From IMG/VR virus record IMGVR_UViG_3300047548_000197: DNA of 60,715 bases; one strand, 5' to 3'. This document shows, one piece after another, positions 57,499 to 60,715 of this stretch (position 1 is its first letter; every line of letters begins with the position of its first letter). The stretch comes from an uncultured virus (IMG/VR IMGVR_UViG_3300047548_000197). Its lineage: Duplodnaviria; Heunggongvirae; Uroviricota; Caudoviricetes. A program made the position numbers and the translations under genes. Under the pieces are notes generated by a model, which saw only the letters and a list, made by a program, of their open reading frames with translations, was not told where the DNA came from and searched no databases.

Positions 57499-59216
57499 TG
57501 ATTGTTTTCGAAAGTATTGAATGGAAGAATTTTCTATCAACTGGTAATTCTGCTAACAAAATCTTACTGAACAAATCAACAACCACTCTTATCATTGGCA
57601 AGAACGGTGAAGGTAAATCCACTGTTCTAGATGCCTTGTGTTTTGCTTTGTTTGGTAAACCATTTCGTAATATCAACAAGGGACAACTGATTAACTCTAT
57701 CAATGGTAAGAACTGTCTTGTTGAAGTTCAATTCAGTATTGGTGCCAAGAAGTACAAAGTTATTCGTGGTATCAAACCCAACAAATTTGAAATTTGGGTT
57801 GATAGTGTTTTAATGAACCAAGATGCTGCTGCCAAAGACTACCAAAAAGTTCTTGAGCAACAGATTTTAAAGTTGAACTACAAAACCTTCACACAGGTTG
57901 TTATCTTGGGTTCAGCTTCATTTGTTCCATTCATGCAGTTGTCTCCAAGTCAACGCCGAGAAGTTATTGAAGACATTCTTGATATTCGTATCTTCTCGAC
58001 TATGAATCAGTTGTTGAAAGAAAAAGCCAATGAAACACGTGACACTATCAAGAGGATTGAAGGGGAGATTGCAACTGCGAAGACTAAGGTTGATGGACAA
58101 TCGTTACTCATTAAAACTCTTACAAACGCCAAGTCAGAAGCTATTGGATCTCTACTATCTAAGATCGAAGCTAATAACTCAGAAATACAGCGAAGCGAAA
58201 CAGCGGTGGCTGAGACACTTGCTGAGATTACCTCACTCCAACTACAAACTGCTAACAAGAGTAAGGTTGATAGTGACATTGAAAAGGCAAAGGGGTTTAA
58301 AAATAAACTACTTTCCATCGTCGAGCAACACAAACATCATGCCGAATTCTTTGATGAGAACAGCGTATGCCCGTCCTGCTCACAAGGCATTCCGCACGAT
58401 CATAAAGAAACCATTGTTCAAGAACTAAACGCCAAGATTGAATTTGAGAACAAGAGATTGTCTGATTTAGAAGATATCTTTACCAAGTTGAATAACGACT
58501 TGTCAGACATGAACACTGTTCTAAAAGAGATCACTGATTTAAATATCAAACTTTCAACGCTGAACGCCAACATCTCTATGTTGAACAAATTGAACAAGAC
58601 TCTTCAAGCTGAAGTCGAAGAATCGACTATGGACACAGCCAATGTTGATGAAGAAAAGCGTAAGCTGAAAGAATTGGCAAGTGCTGCCATGGAATTGATC
58701 AAGCAGAAAACTACTCTACAAGAACACCGTAACCTTGAAGAAGTAGCAAACTTGTTGTTAAAAGACACTGGTATCAAAACTGCTATCATTCGTGAATACT
58801 TGCCAGTTATGAACAAGTTGATTAACAAGTATCTGAATGCCATGGATGCTTACATCCACTTTGAGCTTGATGAGAACTTTAATGAGATTGTCAAGTCTCG
58901 TCACCGCGATGAGTTTACATATGCAAGTTTCTCTGAAGGTGAAAAGATGCGTATCGACTTATCAATCTTGTTTACATGGCGACAGATCGCCAAGATGAAA
59001 AACTCAGTGAACACAAACTTGTTGCTATTAGACGAGATTTTTGATTCAAGTTTGGACACAGCTGGTACTGATTACTTCTTGAATCTAATGAATACTCTTG
59101 GAGAACACTCGAATGTCTTTGTTATCTCTCACAAAGGCGACCAGTTGTTCGATAAGTTTAGAAGTGTGATCAAGTTTGAAAAACGAAACGACTTTTCAGT
59201 TATTGCAACTAACTAA
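57498..59216 (+). CDS. gp46: Recombination endonuclease subunit gp46 (Rad50-like)
   Basis: GKNGEGKST, CPSC hook, FSEGEKMRID, LDEIFD, VISH. Confidence 0.96.
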   Translation: MIVFESIEWKNFLSTGNSANKILLNKSTTTLIIGKNGEGKSTVLDALCFALFGKPFRNINKGQLINSINGKNCLVEVQFSIGAKKYKVIRGIKPNKFEIWVDSVLMNQDAAAKDYQKVLEQQILKLNYKTFTQVVILGSASFVPFMQLSPSQRREVIEDILDIRIFSTMNQLLKEKANETRDTIKRIEGEIATAKTKVDGQSLLIKTLTNAKSEAIGSLLSKIEANNSEIQRSETAVAETLAEITSLQLQTANKSKVDSDIEKAKGFKNKLLSIVEQHKHHAEFFDENSVCPSCSQGIPHDHKETIVQELNAKIEFENKRLSDLEDIFTKLNNDLSDMNTVLKEITDLNIKLSTLNANISMLNKLNKTLQAEVEESTMDTANVDEEKRKLKELASAAMELIKQKTTLQEHRNLEEVANLLLKDTGIKTAIIREYLPVMNKLINKYLNAMDAYIHFELDENFNEIVKSRHRDEFTYASFSEGEKMRIDLSILFTWRQIAKMKNSVNTNLLLLDEIFDSSLDTAGTDYFLNLMNTLGEHSNVFVISHKGDQLFDKFRSVIKFEKRNDFSVIATN

Positions 59217-59220
59217 CCGC

Positions 59221-59246
59221 AAACCCTGTCTCTGACAGGGTTTTTT
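59221..59246 (+). terminator. Intrinsic terminator
   Basis: AAACCCTGTC-tct-GACAGGGTTTTTT. Confidence 0.88.
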
Positions 59247-59253
59247 ATTGGTG

Positions 59254-59282
59254 TTGTCTTTTATACGGTTTTGGTGTATAAT
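59254..59282 (+). promoter_or_regulatory. Early sigma70-type promoter
   Basis: TTGTCT-17 nt-TATAAT. Confidence 0.8.
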
Positions 59283-59300
59283 TCTATCTGGAGATACATT

Positions 59301-60715
59301 ATGCACACTGCAACATCAGACCTATCCGCTAAACTTCTTGCAACAGAAAACCTAACTGTTGTTCGCGCCACAACACGTACTGCATCTTTTGATATCAGAT
59401 CACGTGTGTTAACTTTGCCACTTTGGAAAGACATGACGCCAGAGATTGAAGACATGTTGATCGCTCACGAAGTTGGTCACGCTCTTTACACAGGCGAAAA
59501 GTACATCGAACCCATCGAAAAGAATCCTCGCATTATGACATACCTTAATGTGCTGGAGGACGTGCGCATTGAAAAACTAATCAAACGTAAGTATCCAGGT
59601 CTGCGTAAACGCATGAGTGCTGGTTACAAACAACTTAACGATCGTGACTTTTTTAAGGTTAAACAAGTCCAATCATTTGACAAACTTTTGTTGATTGACA
59701 AAATCAACATGTACTACAAAGCTGGTTTTGATTGTGGTGTTAAGTTCAATTCTATTGAGCGTGAGTTCGTAGATCGTGCTGAACGATGTGAGACTGTTGA
59801 AGAAGTCATTGAACTGGCTCATGAAATTTATGAGTTTTCAAAAGATCAGATCAAGCAACAAAAAGAACAGCGCCAGCAAAACTCTTCTAAGTCATCTATT
59901 CCTGAAGATCAAGAAGAAGAAGATGACCAAGATGATCCAAGCCAGACATTTGGTTATTCAGAAGATCAAGAAGAAGATGATCAAGAAGATGAAGCCCCTG
60001 CTTCTAATGATTCGGATGACTCTGACACAGAGCAAGACTCTGACGATCAGCAACAACCAAATGGTAAACCAAGCGGTGAACAAGAAGAGACTGAAACCCC
60101 TGCTGAAGCAAACCAAGATACATCTGAAGATGAACTTGAGTCTCTAACAGACAAGGCATTTAGTCAGCAACTGGAAAGTTTGGCTGATGACAGCACTCAT
60201 TATTTCTACTGGAAATACGATACACATTACCAAGAAGATCCTGTTATCTCTTACAAGACTATATTGAACGAGATTAAAAAGACTTGGACTATTGACGATA
60301 TGCCATACCGTAATAGTTGGTATCAACAGATGGTCACACGTCAAAAGGAAATTGATGCAGACTTTGAGAAATTCAAAAGTGAATCTGTGCGCACTGTGAA
60401 TTACCTTGTCAAAGAATTTGATATGCGTAAGTCTGCTCAGATGTACAAGCGTGCACAAACTTCTAAAGTTGGTTCGCTGGACATGCGTAAAATTTGGTCG
60501 TATAAACTAAATGACGACTTGTTCAAACGTGTGACTGTGTTGCCCACTGGTAAAAATCACGGTATGATTTTCTTGTTGGACTGGTCTGGTTCCATGTCTA
60601 ATGTTATCACAGAAACGCTACAACAAGTTATTAACTTGGCTATGTTCTGTTCAAAGGTTCAGATTCCATACCGTGTTTTGGCTTTTACATCTCAATATCA
60701 CTTGAAGACAATAGA
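59301..60715 (+). CDS. CobT-like metallopeptidase + VWA protein, 3' truncated by window edge
   Basis: GGAG RBS; MHTATSDLSAKLLATENL.., HEVGH, NVLEDVRIE, acidic linker, KNHGMIFLLDWSGSM MIDAS. Confidence 0.85.
   Translation, partial: MHTATSDLSAKLLATENLTVVRATTRTASFDIRSRVLTLPLWKDMTPEIEDMLIAHEVGHALYTGEKYIEPIEKNPRIMTYLNVLEDVRIEKLIKRKYPGLRKRMSAGYKQLNDRDFFKVKQVQSFDKLLLIDKINMYYKAGFDCGVKFNSIEREFVDRAERCETVEEVIELAHEIYEFSKDQIKQQKEQRQQNSSKSSIPEDQEEEDDQDDPSQTFGYSEDQEEDDQEDEAPASNDSDDSDTEQDSDDQQQPNGKPSGEQEETETPAEANQDTSEDELESLTDKAFSQQLESLADDSTHYFYWKYDTHYQEDPVISYKTILNEIKKTWTIDDMPYRNSWYQQMVTRQKEIDADFEKFKSESVRTVNYLVKEFDMRKSAQMYKRAQTSKVGSLDMRKIWSYKLNDDLFKRVTVLPTGKNHGMIFLLDWSGSMSNVITETLQQVINLAMFCSKVQIPYRVLAFTSQYHLKTI

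Noticed and set aside
59776..60147. 123-aa Lys/Met-rich ORF and GAAGATCAAGAAGAAG repeats
   Set aside because: Alternative frame of the acidic linker in the peptidase-VWA gene
1..60715. Stop-codon reassignment
   Set aside because: Core genes translate full-length in the standard code with dense packing

Overview
A 60.7-kb segment of a T4-like (Tevenvirinae-related, cyano/pelagiphage-style gene order) myovirus infecting a Gram-negative host. It contains an accessory block (end of a GH19 endolysin, exonuclease, 2OG-Fe(II) oxygenase, a circularly permuted two-piece tmRNA, outer-membrane barrel, SleB hydrolase, ClpP, GP88-like protein); gp33/gp59/gp32; a minus-strand block (gp4, gp2, gp54-like, gp16, gp26-like, gp51-like, tape-measure-like); the baseplate/tail/neck/head module; then uvsY, uvsW, gp55, an AAA ATPase, the anti-CBASS sponge Acb2, gp47/gp46 and a partial peptidase-VWA gene. 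The most notable candidates are: (1) a RiPP-maturase-like cassette (radical SAM/SPASM enzyme, signal-less TRAP-binding protein, PP-loop ATPase) directly behind a tail fibre ending in NCRNCNCNC, suggesting enzymatic modification of the fibre tip; (2) a probable -1 ribosomal frameshift fusing the gp26-like and gp51-like ORFs just before the tape-measure gene; (3) a permuted tmRNA near a phage ClpP. All product calls rest on motif recognition and synteny, not database searches.
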